In this document: piece after piece, positions 21,404 to 39,892 of the stretch
Layout: every line of letters starts with the position of its first letter
Position numbering within the stretch: position 1 is the stretch's first letter
Assembly (NCBI RefSeq): GCF_009914755.1
Contig: NC_060930.1
Length of the DNA: 64,000 nucleotides
Reading direction: 5' to 3' (one strand)
From: the human T2T-CHM13v2.0 reference genome, Homo sapiens
Position numbers and translations under genes: made by a program
The notes under the pieces: model-generated
The model's database searches: none
Seen by the model: only the letters and a program-made list of their open reading frames with translations
Told to the model about the DNA's origin: nothing

Positions 21404-21911
21404 AGTATTAGTCAGGGTTCTCTTAGAGGGACAGAACTAATATATATATGTATATATAATTATATATATTATATAGAACTAATATATATATGTAATATAT
21501 ATTATATATAAATATATATATATGTAAAGGGGAGTTTATTAAGTATTAACTTACATGACCACAAGGCCCCACAATAGGCTGCCTATAAGCTGAGGAGCAA
21601 GGAGAGCCAGTCCGAGTGCCAAAACTGAAGAACCTGGAGTTTGATGTTTGAGGGGAGGAAGCATCCAGCATCGGAGAAAGATGCAGGCTGGAAGGCTAGG
21701 CCTGTCTCGCTCATTTCACATTTTTCTGCCTGCTTTATATTCACTGGCAGCTGATTAGATTGTGCCCACCAGATTAAAGGTGGATCTGCCTTCCCTAGCC
21801 CACTGACTCAAATGTTAATCTCTTTTGGCAACACCCTCACAGAAACAACGCAGGATTAATACTTTGAATCCTTCAATCCAATCAAGTTGACACTCAGTAT
21901 TAACCATCACA
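21404..21911 (-). mobile_element. MLT2A-type (ERV-L) solo LTR with internal (TA)n and 5-bp TSD TGGGC
   Basis: The - strand begins TGTGATGGTTAATACTGAGTGTCAACTTGATTGGATTGAAGG; TGGGC at 21399-21403 and 21912-21916. Confidence 0.88.
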
Positions 21912-23517
21912 TGGGCCATCCCTTCCAGTGCTGGTCTGTTCTGTTCTTGAAGTTTGTATTGACCTATGGCCTTCAAGGTCCCACCCTTGGCCCTTACTCT
22001 TAAAAGAGTCATTTCTTTGTCCTTTAGAGACTGTCTTAAAATTCCCTTAAGAATGCCTTCCATCACTCTTAGGCTGTAACTTGGTCATTTCCATCTTATT
22101 TAGTTTAGAATATAATAGATGTTAAGAACTAGATGGGGTATTAGAGTTCATCAAATTTGACCTCTTTAAAGAAACTAAGATCCAGAAAGGTTATGCTGGT
22201 AAGCCAAACAGATGTCAAAGCCTCAAAGCTAGGTTTCAAGGTCAGTGATTTTTCCCTCGAAGATAATTACTAATTCAATATCTCCCAAAGTGTGTTTGGT
22301 AGAATGTTATTACTCCCTTAATATGCTCATGAAAAAAGAAAAGATTTTCATCACCAAATATGTTTGGGAAGTGATGCAAATTATATTTCCTTCTTCAAGG
22401 TTCACAATGAACATTAACATATCAAAGGTTCTGAGTAGTGCTATGGGAAAGAAATTTGTTATATTTAGTTTTAGTCAGCATTTCCCAAATTTACTTGGTC
22501 ATCAAACACTTTTCTCCAGAAAGACCTATAAACATCCAGAGGAACTAATGTTCTAAGGAAGATATTTTTGGAAATGCTGAGCAGATGCTAAAGCTTCAGA
22601 GGTACCTACGTGGCCTCGGTAGCAGATACCATTGCTCATTTCTCTCTGCATTACATGAGCTCTCAGACCCAAAACTACTTTCCATGCCTTCTTTTTCAAA
22701 GACCCTGTTCACCTTGAGATATCCTCTGAATTCCTCTTCCTAATCTGAGAAATAGCTCCAGCTTTTAGCTCATTTAGAGGAAAGATGATTCCATGCATAT
22801 TTCTTCAGGATATTTTTGAGACATAGGGAGTGCAGTCTCAGAATATCATTATTATGGTTTTTCAGTACCAGAAATACTTTATATACAATGACATATATCA
22901 AATAAAGAGTACATTCTTTATCAATGCAGAAAGGTTTTAAAGGAAAGAAGGAATATGGATTGCCGGGAAAAACAAGGAGGAATTATAAAGTATAATAGAA
23001 AGAAATAAGAAATAACTAAGTGATAAAAGTATTATTTGTTCATTATTGACTTGCTAATAGCTGAATTTCTGGCATGCATAAATGCATTCATTCAACAAGC
23101 ATTCCTTGAACACAGTTATGAGCCAGGCACTGTGCTAGGTGCTGTGGACATAAAGAGAAATAAGATTTTACCAGTTCAGCTAAGTAAACAACTAACTTTA
23201 ATACAACGAAATTAAAGTGCAGAAATAAAATGCTACAGGAGTTACAACAATGTGCTATGGGAAGAAGTGGTTAATTCTCCACAGAGGTACCAAAGAAATC
23301 TTGACTATAAAGATGACTTTTGAGACAGGTTGAGAAGAAAAGTAGTTCAGCAAATGGAGAAGGTGGGAAAGGGTATTTAGGCAGAGGAAGCATCATGAAA
23401 TTTTAAAAGATTTTCAGTCTTGCTCTTCATATGGCAGCAGAACTGACAGCATGGTCTTGTCTTAAGTGTCTCTTTTTTTCACCCTGGGGGCAGTGAGCTG
23501 AGTGAATGAATGGTAAG

Positions 23518-23521
<4 letters not shown>

Positions 23522-23553
<32 letters not shown>

Positions 23554-23833
23554 AGACGGAGTCTCACTCTGTTGCTCAGGCTGGAGTGCAGTGGCACAAT
23601 CTTGGCTCACTGCAACTTCTGCCTCCCGGGTTCTAGAGATTCTCCTGCCTCAGAATCCCTCAACTGGGATTACAGGCACACACCACCATGCCCACTAATT
23701 TTTGTATTTTTAGTAGGGATGGGGTTTCACCATGTTGGCCAGGCTGGACTCTTGAACTCCTGACCTCAGGTGATCCGCCCACCTCAGCCTCCCAAAGTGC
23801 TAGGATTACAGGCATGAGCCACAGCACCCAGCC
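23522..23833 (-). mobile_element. Alu (AluS-like)
   Basis: Full dimer with long poly-T. Confidence 0.9.
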
Positions 23834-24905
23834 AAGAGCCCTTAATCCTGTCCTTTGAGGAAGACAAATAATTTTGATGGCTTAGGAGGTAATAGTGTTA
23901 ACATGATTGCTACTTCTCATGTTGTCTGAACCACTGAAAATTGTTTATAGATTTAATGTGACTATGCCTCATTGCATAATCTTTCTCCACCTACATATCT
24001 TGTTACCTGTCACATGAAATTTTCATGTCAGTGAGTAAATCTACTTATTTTGTTATGTATGAGTTGCTCCTTGCCACCTTTGGGCTTTTGCCTCACCTAG
24101 AACAGTATATGTCCTCTTTTAAAATAATTCATATGTCTAATACTCTTCCATCCCTAGAGAGGTAAGACTACTTCTCCCATTACCTCTCTCTAATCCAAAC
24201 ACCTCTCTTCACATCTGTGCTCTAGCCGTCTTGAAGTACTTAGTTTTGCATGACCACACAAGGCATCTCAAAGCCTTTACCTTTTCCCACCAGACAGTAC
24301 CACTCCCCCACTTTAGCAGTTTCTTCAGCTTTCAGGGTCCGACCAAATGTCCTCTCCTTTAAGAATACTCTATCTACTCTTCAGTGTGAATTAGTGCATC
24401 TGTTCTGTTTGCTCTGCTAATGTGCTATATCAATCTCTAATATGGAGTATTTGTCTTGCTGACATATATAAGTATCTCTTCCCCTCCCTCAAACCTACCA
24501 CCCTCCTCCCCAAACTTAACTTCTCTAGGGCAGGATATTTTAAACATCCAGCCAAGTACTCAGTACTATGCACACTTCTCAGTGCTTAGTGAATGAAATG
24601 AATGTATGTATGCATTAATGAATTTTTAAAATATTACTCATTAAAAAAAATTTGTTCCAAATGTTAATTTACTTCAGAAAGCCTTCTGTCTGCAGTCCTG
24701 ACATTCTGATCACTCCTTAACTGTGACATTCTAGCATTATCTGATCTATTAATCCTGTATTGATATCTCTTTATCTACTTTCATTTTTCAGTTTTATCTG
24801 AGACAACATGGTATAGTAGAAATAATATCAGTCTAGGAGGCAAGAGGCCTGGATTCTCATTCTGACTTACTGTTCGTTTTTGCTATATAACTCTGGGAAA
24901 GTTAA

Positions 24906-25266
<361 letters not shown>

Positions 25267-25296
25267 CAGATGTAAAATTTTTAAAAATCTTTTACT

Positions 25297-25610
25297 GGCC
25301 AGGTGTGGTGGCTCACACCTGTAATACCAGTGCTTTGGGAGGCCAAGACGGGTGTATTGCTTGAGCCCAGGAGTTTGAGACCAGCCTGGACAACATAATG
25401 AAACCCCATCTCTCTCAAAAAAAAAAAAAAAAAAAAAATTAGTTGGATATGGTGGTGTGTGCCTGTAGTCTCAGCTACTTGGGAGGCTGAGGTGGGAGGA
25501 TCACTTGAGCCCAGGAAACGGAGATTGCAGTGAACTGAGATCACACCAATGTGCTCCAGCCTGGGCAATAGAGCAAGACCCTATCTCAAAAGAAAAAAAA
25601 AGAAAGAAAA
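25297..25610 (+). mobile_element. Alu (AluJ-like)
   Basis: ttgcttgagcccaggag and ggatcacttgagcccagg; long middle A-tract. Confidence 0.88.
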
Positions 25611-26681
25611 TCGTTTACTAATAACCCCCAACTAAAACTAAAACTCCTGAATTAGGGGAACCATTCTGTTTCTTTTGGTTCTCTCCCTAATATTCAGTAC
25701 TTTGTAGCCCTCATGTTATATAGACTGACAGCAACCTCTGGCCTTTTCCATTCTAAGCTCTAAAACTAGACTTCTGGATCTGGGGAGTGGCAGATCTAGT
25801 GCCTGACTTGGAGGCTTCTGACTGTATGTTTATCCATTGTTGCTTTTCAGATCCCTAGATTTGTTTCCATCAGTATCACTAATGGACCAGTATTCTGTGG
25901 CGTGGTTGGAGCAGTAGCAAGACACGAATATACAGGTAGAATAGGACATTGGACTGTTATCTTTGTGACTTAAGGGAGGAAGGTGGAAGACATGGCCCAA
26001 AAATTCTCCACCTGTCTTTCTGACACAGTTATTGGCCCAAAAGTGAGTCTTGCGGCCAGAATGATAACTGCTTATCCAGGTTTGGTGTCCTGTGATGAGG
26101 TAACATATCTAAGATCCATGCTACCTGCTTACAACTTCAAGAAACTCCCAGAGAAAATGATGAAAAACATCTCCAACCCAGGGAAGATATATGAATATCT
26201 TGGCCACAGAAGATGTATGTGAGTATCATTGTGTGATAGTTTCATTCTCATCTCTTACAGAACAATAAGTTTTTGATTACATGAAATTGGAAAAAAAGAT
26301 GCTGCTAGTACTGGCATGCTGGAATAAGACACACAAAAGGAGTGTTTAGTGTCTGAGAGATTTAGCTTTTATGTTTAGCTCTTAGCTAGTTCTTCAATGA
26401 ACATCCTTTTCTCCTACAGGAAGAGAATAGCAATAGGTCACTAACCCAGATCTTCTTTGTTCTTTTTTTCTTTGTGTACTTCACCATTCATTTACTTCCC
26501 CGAGCCTGGAACAATCAATAATATTCCCTCTTTACTCCCTCTCCCCCAAAATTTTTAGTTTTTAAAAACCTTTTTATTCAGAACTCTGTACCTCCTTAAT
26601 TATCTGAAAGTATTTGCTTATGAAGACAGCTGTTCCTAATCTATTTTTAACAGATACATTTCACTTTGTTCTTTTTCCCAG

Positions 26682-28016
26682 AATGTTTGGAAAAAGACAT
26701 TTGGCAAGAAAGAGAAACAAAAATCACCCTTTGTTAGGTATGTTTTCTTTTGTAACTTAAATCATATTTGTTTCAGTTATAGACAGCTAAATGTGATTTA
26801 AAAAACAAAACAGTGCAAGACTAAATGCTCTTAAGCTTTATTAAAAAATAGAGAGCAACCTTCTTAGTGAAATTATATTTATTTTGAAGAGGATTTACTA
26901 TTTCTTTTCCATGTCAAATATTCAAATTTCAGGTGAAGTCCTATAACTGCCTGAGAAACACCAACATTTAGTAATAATCTTTGTAAGTCAGAGTTTACCT
27001 ATTGAGATCGGAACAGCTTATTGTGGATCATCTTTAGAGAAAAATTCATAATCCTTAGAATAGTGAAAATAGCACCAAGACTGTTGTCACCCACGCTATA
27101 TATTCCCTATCTTTGTATTTATTTTAGTCTATACTTATTAGTCCATTACTTTTACATAGTAGTGACAGATTTTGAAGACTAAATTGTTATTAAGAAAATT
27201 TTTACAAAAAGCTAAGAGACACCCGTGTCCACAAGGTGCCTAATTTTTCTGAATGTTACTACTTAGGCTCTGGAATAAGCCCTCAAGACCAGCATATATT
27301 AGCTCAGAATTGATTTTTTGGAAAGAGATATGAAGCCCCATCAATGAATGAGATTCTTCTGGGAATTCTGGAGGAAAAAAGCCATTCTGAGAGTTAGATT
27401 TGCAAATTGATTCAAATCAATAGAGTATCTACCAAAAAGCCTGCAACAATCAATAATGTTGATTATTGTTATCCAGGAGTGTTAGGTGCTCCCTGTCTCT
27501 CTACAGACTGGGAGAAAGAATTGGAAGCCTTCCAAATGGCACAGCAAGGGTGTTTGCACCAGAAGAAGGGACAAGCAGTTCTGTATGAAGGTGGAAAAGG
27601 CTATGGAAAAAGCCAGCTGTTGGCTGAAATAAACTTTCTGGCACAGAAAGAAGGGCATAGGTAAAAACTCCTGCTTTCTGACTTAGTCAGAGCCTACTTC
27701 TCTTGGGGCCTCTTTCTCTTGTTAGTGAGACTCTTGTGTCATTAGATTCAGCATTCTTGGACCGGTGAAGTTAGTAACCTATGTGTCGTACAGGGGACTC
27801 CTGATGACCATAGTCATATTCACCAGGGTGTTGCCATTGATGCTGAAGGAAGCAGATTCCAAGCAGTGCTTCTATGCCATCCAGACCCTCATGGCCATCT
27901 TCTTTGAGATTGATACATGCCCAGCCTATTACCGGCAAGAGTGCCTACAAAGACAGCTTTGTGGGATAGTGGAAGAACAACTTCACTGCCTTTTTAGTGA
28001 CCTCTTATTTGTGAAG
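26682..28016 (+). pseudogene. ADCY10P1: ADCY10P1 exons 12-14: P-loop NTPase (STAND-like) N-terminal part; Walker A GGKGYGKS at 27590-27613
   Basis: MFGKRH..HPLL|..AVLYEGGKGYGKSQLLAEINFLAQ..|..FYAIQTLMA; matches sAC LMYEGLPGYGKSQIL. Confidence 0.9.
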
Positions 28017-31000
28017 GTAATGAAGGCAGTGGCTTTCTGAATTGGGTTACTGTTATATTTTGTGGATAGTCAGACCTAGGATTGTTTTCTAATCTAATAA
28101 CCTGAGGATATACATATACATATATGGTAGGACCAAGATGTGAAATTCTTTCAACACCAAAACTCAGGCTTTCTCCTTTTGAGGAGAGTGAATTCTAGTA
28201 TTGAACCTGACACTTAGTAGTTTTATGTCCTAGAGCAAATCACTTAGCCTCTCTGAGTCATAGCTTTTTCACCTGTGAAATAACAATTATATTACTGTAT
28301 GTTTTTATGTGAATTTTAAAGGAGATGGTATATGAGAGATTGCATTGTATATTTTAAAGTACTAAATACATTAAGGTGGCCCTCACCAGTGGCATATCCC
28401 CAGGAATTATATCCACGTGTTCTTGAGTTGGTTCCAATTTCTTTATTTTTTTAACCCTACCTTCCTGTTCCCTTACCACAGAATATATCATTTGAAACCA
28501 GCATCTGGATCTCAAAAGCCTTCAGAGGTCTAGGGTTTATGGGGTTTCCAGTAGTGAACAAGCTAAAAATTCACTGGTCCACAATTTGTTTTATTTATCC
28601 TCTGTCACTTCTCCTAATCTACCCACCCTGCAGAGTATTTTGGAATGGAACACTAAGATCTGTCTAATCCCTCAACATATCCCTCTCTTAAGATAGGCCT
28701 TGCTTGGGACTCTAAACCCTTGCCTACGTAGATTAGCAGTCATCTCACTTTGGCTCTCAGGTTCCTGATAGTTCATGTGCCTCAGCCTAGCACAGGAAAC
28801 AATGTTATGTGATGTGTGTTGCATCTTGTTCTGACAAGTCTCATGTACAGATTCATCCTGGTATACTTGGAATAACTGGGGTACTGGAGCTGCCCAAACT
28901 GTCATTGCTAAGTTCAACCTGTCATTTACTCCTTAGTCATAACCCTTTAAGGGTTTTACTAGAGTCTGGTATGGAAAGGAGATAGATATCTGTCTCTAAC
29001 CCTTCATGAATTTCGAGGTTGGCTCCCCTAAAGTGGTCATCTCTAATGTGCAATCCCTTACTTACCTCCCTGCAGCTACCCTTCACAGGTGCTTTGGAAA
29101 CCCACTTTATTGTGAGGTCCTATGCCAGGACCTTCTCTCTAAGGACGTGTTGCTCTTTCATGTCCTACAAAAGGAGGAAGAGGAAAACAGCAAGTGGGAA
29201 ACCCTCTCAGGTAAGCTTAGCTTCCCAGAGTTCTACCCTGGTCCAGCTGCTGAAGCTCATTCTCCAACATGACATTACTTGGCCTTTACGAGGTACATAC
29301 CTTTTCCTTGCTAACATTGTGGGCCACACTAGGCCTTCCCAGATAAGCACACTGTACAAATCTTATACAAGTAGGGTGAAAATACTCAAGATTTGCTTCA
29401 GATAACTTAATCCAATCAATCTACAATAGTTCCTTTTATAAGCAGCCCAAGAGGTAGGGCTAGGAAATTACGATTTATAAACATGAAAGTCCAGAAAAAA
29501 GAATTGTACACTATTGATGAGAAGGATGACTTGAGGATTTGGATGGGGGATGGGAGAAGGGAGGAAATTAGGAGAGGAATAAAGGGTAGAAGTATGTATA
29601 AAAGCAGAAGGCATCCCAGAGCTGTGATGTAATAGAAGCAAGAGCTGTTATAAGGTGAACAGGAATAGTGATTAGTTGTAAGATACCGATTGGTACAGAG
29701 AATGTTGTTAGTTTATAAGAGAAAATTAGAGAACAGGCAGACAGGTGGGGTAAAACACTTTAAACCATGGTACACTCCAGTCATCTTCATCCTTTAGGTT
29801 TTTTTTTTTTTTGACTAAATTATTATATTTTTGTGCCTTTAAAACTACAGTCACTGAGAATGGTGCTTTCCTCAGTCATAGCCTGTTTTCTTTATAGCCA
29901 ATGCCATGAAATCCATAATGTATAGTATTTCTCCTGCCAACTCTGAGGAAGGCCAGGAACTTTATGTCTGCACAGTCAAGGATGATGTGAACTTGGATAC
30001 AGTACTTCTCCTACCCTTTTTGAAAGGTAAGTCCCTTGAAGACTTCAAGTGAACCAATTACAGATATCATTGCAATTAGTGATTTGGTGAGTAGTTGAGT
30101 ATAGGTCTCTCATTATCATTCTGGCTTCATTTCTTCTAAAAAAGAAATCCACCTTCTAGAAATAAGTTCTGGCATTGCCTGAAGAGCTCTTTGAAGACTT
30201 GTAATGCTACTTGAGTAAGGTTTTACTTAAGCGAGCTTATTGTTCTCTTTGGGGCTGACTGATGACCTGGAAAAGTTTTCCAATTATTTAATACAAAATA
30301 GGTCGTGAGTTTCCCTTTGTGCATATTCTTGTTCCAGAGTAGACAGTAAGCAAAGAAGATGATGTTGCTAAGATTTAAGAAAATCCATGGTGTTAGTGAA
30401 GATACAATGTTATGCACATAGCAAGAGTTTAATAAAAAAAGAGTGCAAAGTAGAATGACTGATGCCATAAAGAATAATGAAACTATCAGAATCAGGTAGG
30501 CATAGTTGGAGAGGGGATGTTCTTCTTAGAAATGAATTTTTCTTATTTTAATATTTAATTCAAGTGTTTGGTGGGCAAGGTACTAATACTAAGCCTTCTT
30601 GAGGAATATTGTAATGAACAGCATACCTTCAAGTAAAGTATGGTCTTGTTGAGAAAATAAGACACACACATGAAACAGCAGTTCAGGACACCATGGTAGT
30701 TAAGGGCCAGGGCTCTAGAGTCAGAAAACCCTGGGCACCATGGGCTCCTGCACTAACCAACTATGGAACTTTGAATAAGTTAGTCAACTTCTCACTCATC
30801 AGTCAAATGAGGATAATAATAGTCCCTACCTCTTGGGGCTAGTTGAGGATTAAATTAAATAAATTATGGCACATAATAAATATTCCATGACTGTTAGCTA
30901 TTATATTATAAGCTTTTTACTCTGAAGGTTTTAGGTTCAACTAGACAGTTTACACTGATAGAACTATGATAGACCATACTTAACAATGGCTTTTCTTACT

Positions 31001-32513
31001 CAGAAGGAAATACAGGATGCTAACAGGACAACAGCAGGTACTTTTCTTCAGTGAGAGTTTTTACAGGAGTTTACATAGCACTCCAGGGGCTATTCTCTGG
31101 AACCTCAAGTAATAGCTCAGCTGTGAGGAATGAAACCATGACTCATGGGTGCTTAGAGGCCTCATGGACCAACTGAAGGCCATATCTCTTATAATGGCCC
31201 GAACAGGCATCACTTTCAGGCTCTGCAAGAGGCATGACCTTTTACAAGAATTATTATACCCAAGGAAGCCCAAATCTGTGGCTTGCCACCAGTTCATTCA
31301 GTTTTCCCAGTCCAAATTCAGTTTCCCAAGCAGAGGTTGTTCTTAGCATAAGCAAAGAAGTTTGGCTAAGTGGAGAAGGGAGGATTGAGGTGGGAGCAGT
31401 AGACAGGGGTAGATGAAAAGTTTTCATCTTTATTTAAAAAAAAAACTGTACACATTTTCAACATGATATATTCTAGATTTGTAGAAATCTTGTTCACTGC
31501 TGATTGACTGATTGATTGATTTTGGCAGAAATAGCAGTAAGCCAACTGGATCAACTGAGCCCAGAGGAACAGTTGCTGGTCAAGTGTGCTGCAATCATTG
31601 GTCACTCCTTCCATATAGATTTGCTGCAGCACCTCCTGCCTGGCTGGGATAAAAATAAGCTACTTCAGGTCTTGAGAGCTCTTGTGGATATACATGTGCT
31701 CTGCTGGTCTGACAAGAGCCAAGAGCTTCCTGCTGAGCCCATATTAATGCCTTCCTCTATCGACATCATTGATGGAACCAAAGAGAAGAAGACAAAGTTA
31801 GGTAAGGAAGGGCTGTTCCCTTTTTCTCAGGTCTGAACAAAGAGTCCCTGTGGGGGTATCTGTGTTCAGAAAGGCCATCAATATCATATATCAAGGGGTT
31901 CTCTCATTCGTTTGTTTAAAGATGGAGTTTTGTTATGTTGCCCAGGCTGTAACTCCTGGGCTCAGTGGGCGCATACCACCACACCCAGTTTGAGGGTCTC
32001 TCTCTCAAAGCCTATGGCTAAGAAACAGAGAGAAAATTATCATTTAAACCATGAAAGAGCCATGGATAGTGAAAAAATATCCTGTATTTTCAGACTTGTC
32101 TTCATTTCAGGAATTCTAGCGCCTTTTTAACCCAGGTGTTGGTATTTGTGTTTTGATTTTTGGTTCTGAAAATATTGACATAATCTTTTATTGGCTTCTA
32201 GGTGCAAAGAATGAGATAAAAGGATAAACCATCCCCAATTTTAGAAACTCACAAGGAAGACAAACACATGTGGCATTGAAACAGACATGAACAAAGCAAG
32301 ATATAAATAGCTTGCAATCTCGAATTATCCACATGAAAGAATAAGATGGTAGCATGGACTACCCAAAGCACATAGAATTCACAAATACTTTCCCTTTGAG
32401 TTTGAAATATGTTTGGGCCCTATATTTGAACAGAGAATTTCCTATGATTTGACATTTGTAATAATTTGAAGTAAAACCTCAATTTAGGAGAAACAATTAA
32501 GAAATCAGTGGTA

Positions 32514-32893
<380 letters not shown>

Positions 32894-33624
32894 TTATACA
32901 AAGGAGGCAGTAATATTAGCTTAGAGTTGTAAATAGAATTTTCTTACACACTAGCAGCCATGTGCTTGGGAGTTTGCCATATTGAAGCACAAAGGATTAT
33001 AAAGGAAAATCTCACTTAGATTTTCCTAAATTTCAGATGGTGGGTCAGCCTCTCTTCTCAGGCTACAAGAAGAATTATCCCTACCACAAACTGAGGTGTT
33101 GGAATTTGGAGTGCCTCTGCTACGGGCAGCTGCTTGGGAGCTCTGGCCCAAGGAACAACAGATAGCTCTGCACCTTGAATGTGCCTGCTTTCTCCAAGTT
33201 TTGGCCTGCCGCTGTGGGAGCTGCCATGGAGGAGACTTTGTCCCCTTTCATCATTTTGCAGTTTGTTCTACTAAGAATTCCAAGGGGACCTCTCGATTCT
33301 GTACTTACAGAGATACTGGCTCAGTGCTAACACAAGTGATCACAGAAAAATTGCAGCTGCCTTCTCCCCAAGGTAAACCCAGGAGGCAGAAAGAATACAT
33401 GGGTATTCGTGTACTTGGAGTTCTTCATCAAAAAGTTGAAATCAGATTAAAGGAGAAAAGTAGGTAGAAAGAACCACTTATTTATTCCTGAAGTACTAGA
33501 GATTAAAAAAAAATGTAATCTCAGAGTTAAAAACTACCTTAGAGATCATATTTGTTTTGATTGGCAATCTTGGGCAAGTTACTTAACCTCAATCAATTGG
33601 GGACATAATAATACCAACTTCATG

Positions 33625-33938
<314 letters not shown>

Positions 33939-34887
33939 TCAACTTTACTGGGTCATTGTGGGGATTAAATTAGTTAAAATATATAGTGTGCTCTGAACAG
34001 TGCCAGACATGTGGTGATTGCTCAATACCCTTTAGCTATTGTTTTGATTATTACTATTATTTTTCAGCTCAGTACACACACATTGAGTCCTTATGTGTAT
34101 CAGATTCTATACTAAGGAATATGGTGTGAATAAGCCTTGGTCTTTGCACTCTTGAAGCTATCTGTTTTGGGGGTTACTATAGACATATAGATAGAGAATT
34201 CTAGTATGGCATGGTAAAAGCAATGAAAATGAGAAGGGGCCATTAACTCAGCCAGGGAAATATGTCAGTGAAGATTCTCCTTTGAAGTAGATCATGTCAG
34301 AATTGCATCTAGAGGGATAAGCAGGAGTTAGCTACCTGAAGAAGGTTTTATTAGTTAATAGATATTCACCATATCCTGTTAAACTGCATCCCAGATGAGT
34401 TCATTCATCTTTGTTTAGCCTTTTCAGTTAGCTTACATTACAGAACAGCTCATTGTCTCCAGCTGTCAGAAAGTTTCTTCTTTCATCAGGATGTAAGCTG
34501 CCTCGTTGTAGTTTCCCCCATTTTTCATAGTTATATTCTCTTCCATACTTGAAGATAGCTATCAAGACCCAACCAAGTCCTCTTTCCCTACTTTGATAAA
34601 AGAGGAGTTGGTTTGGTATTGGGGGTGGGGTGGATGGTATGTGGAAAATGATAGATAGTTGTTGGCAAAAGGCTAAAATGAGGGATTTGGTGTATGATAC
34701 AATTCCTCTTCTAGCTATAGCATCATGACTATGAAGGTGGACCAATGACTTGGAGCAATTAGTCATTGGTTGATGAGCTCTATGTGCATTTGCACCTGTT
34801 GTGCTTTCCAAAGTCTGGTATTGTGAAGAAATTGTGCTATTGTTCATATTTCCTGTGTGACTTTTTTGCTTTTAAGAGGTCAGTTTT

Positions 34888-35195
<308 letters not shown>

Positions 35196-36325
35196 AAGAG
35201 GTCAGTTTTGTTTATTTATTTATTTATTTATTTTGCTTTGGATTAGACAGCCTGGTCCATCTATAGTAAAAAGGCTCAAGACCTTCTCAGCCCAGCAGAA
35301 CCTTAAGGAGGCTTCCCAGACCCAAGGCCTTTGTGCATTGCCATTGCAGACCAGGCACTGCCTGATTCCAGAGGGTACTGTTACAGAGGCTATGATATGA
35401 TGGTGCCTCTTGGAGTTATGTACTGCAGTAGAGCTGCCAATATCCTCAGTTATCTTAGCTGTGATTTAACATTATTATCATCAGCAAGCCAGTCCTTTTA
35501 CTTAACCCAAATCCTCCCTAAAACAGTCCTCTTAGACTCCTTATCAATCCCACCATCCATGCTGTGAGTTCCAATGGGTAACATCTGAACATCATTCCTA
35601 ATATTTGCTGTTGTGATCTATTAGAAGGCAGCTTTAGAAGAAGAGTCAAATCTTTAGGATAAAGGCTAATTAAAAGCCTGCTAGGTAAAGCTGGAAAGCT
35701 CTCTTGGTCACTGACTAGGGAACTGTGGTATCTTATACTGTCACAATTTTCTTCACTTGGTTTTAGCCTTTACACTTCACTCCGATCTGGTCATGAAATT
35801 GATCCATATGTATTCAAGGATTTCCACTATTAGTGATAGCCAGCAAACCAGGATAGACACATTCTTTATTTTTCCTTCATTTTGAAACTACTGAGCACCT
35901 CCTTCAAAATCAGAACTAGTTTAAAGGTTTGGGAATGAAGAGAGTTATTATTTGAATCACAAGTAGTTGTGAAGGAATTTACAAACTACCATCCTAATTT
36001 TGTGTTGTAAACTGCAGAAGAAAGGTAGTCAGGAATTTAAAATGTCCTCAGTTCATCCAAACATGGAGAATTAATCATATTTTTTTCTCCCTACAGATAG
36101 TTTTCAGTTCCAGACAAAACCATCCAGAACTCAGGAGGCCTTCTCAAGTGAATGCTGCAGGTAGACAGAGATGCTGAGGGTGAACATGGAGGGACCAAAA
36201 GTGACAGAAAGATGACCATTAAACTGAGCCACTTATGTCACTTGCAGATGAGGAGTGGTGACTCTTGTACTCAGTATTAAGGTTAACAGAGAAGATTTGG
36301 AAAGGCAATTTTTGATTCTCTATAG

Positions 36326-36648
<323 letters not shown>

Positions 36649-36661
36649 GGGAAATTATTTC

Positions 36662-39892
<3,231 letters not shown>

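Noticed and set aside
28810-28880. Weak DKSH../DSSW peptides resembling the missing Walker B exon (IIDEAQFVDSTSW)
   Set aside because: The two peptides are in different frames, with no convincing splice sites or extended similarity; indistinguishable from chance by eye
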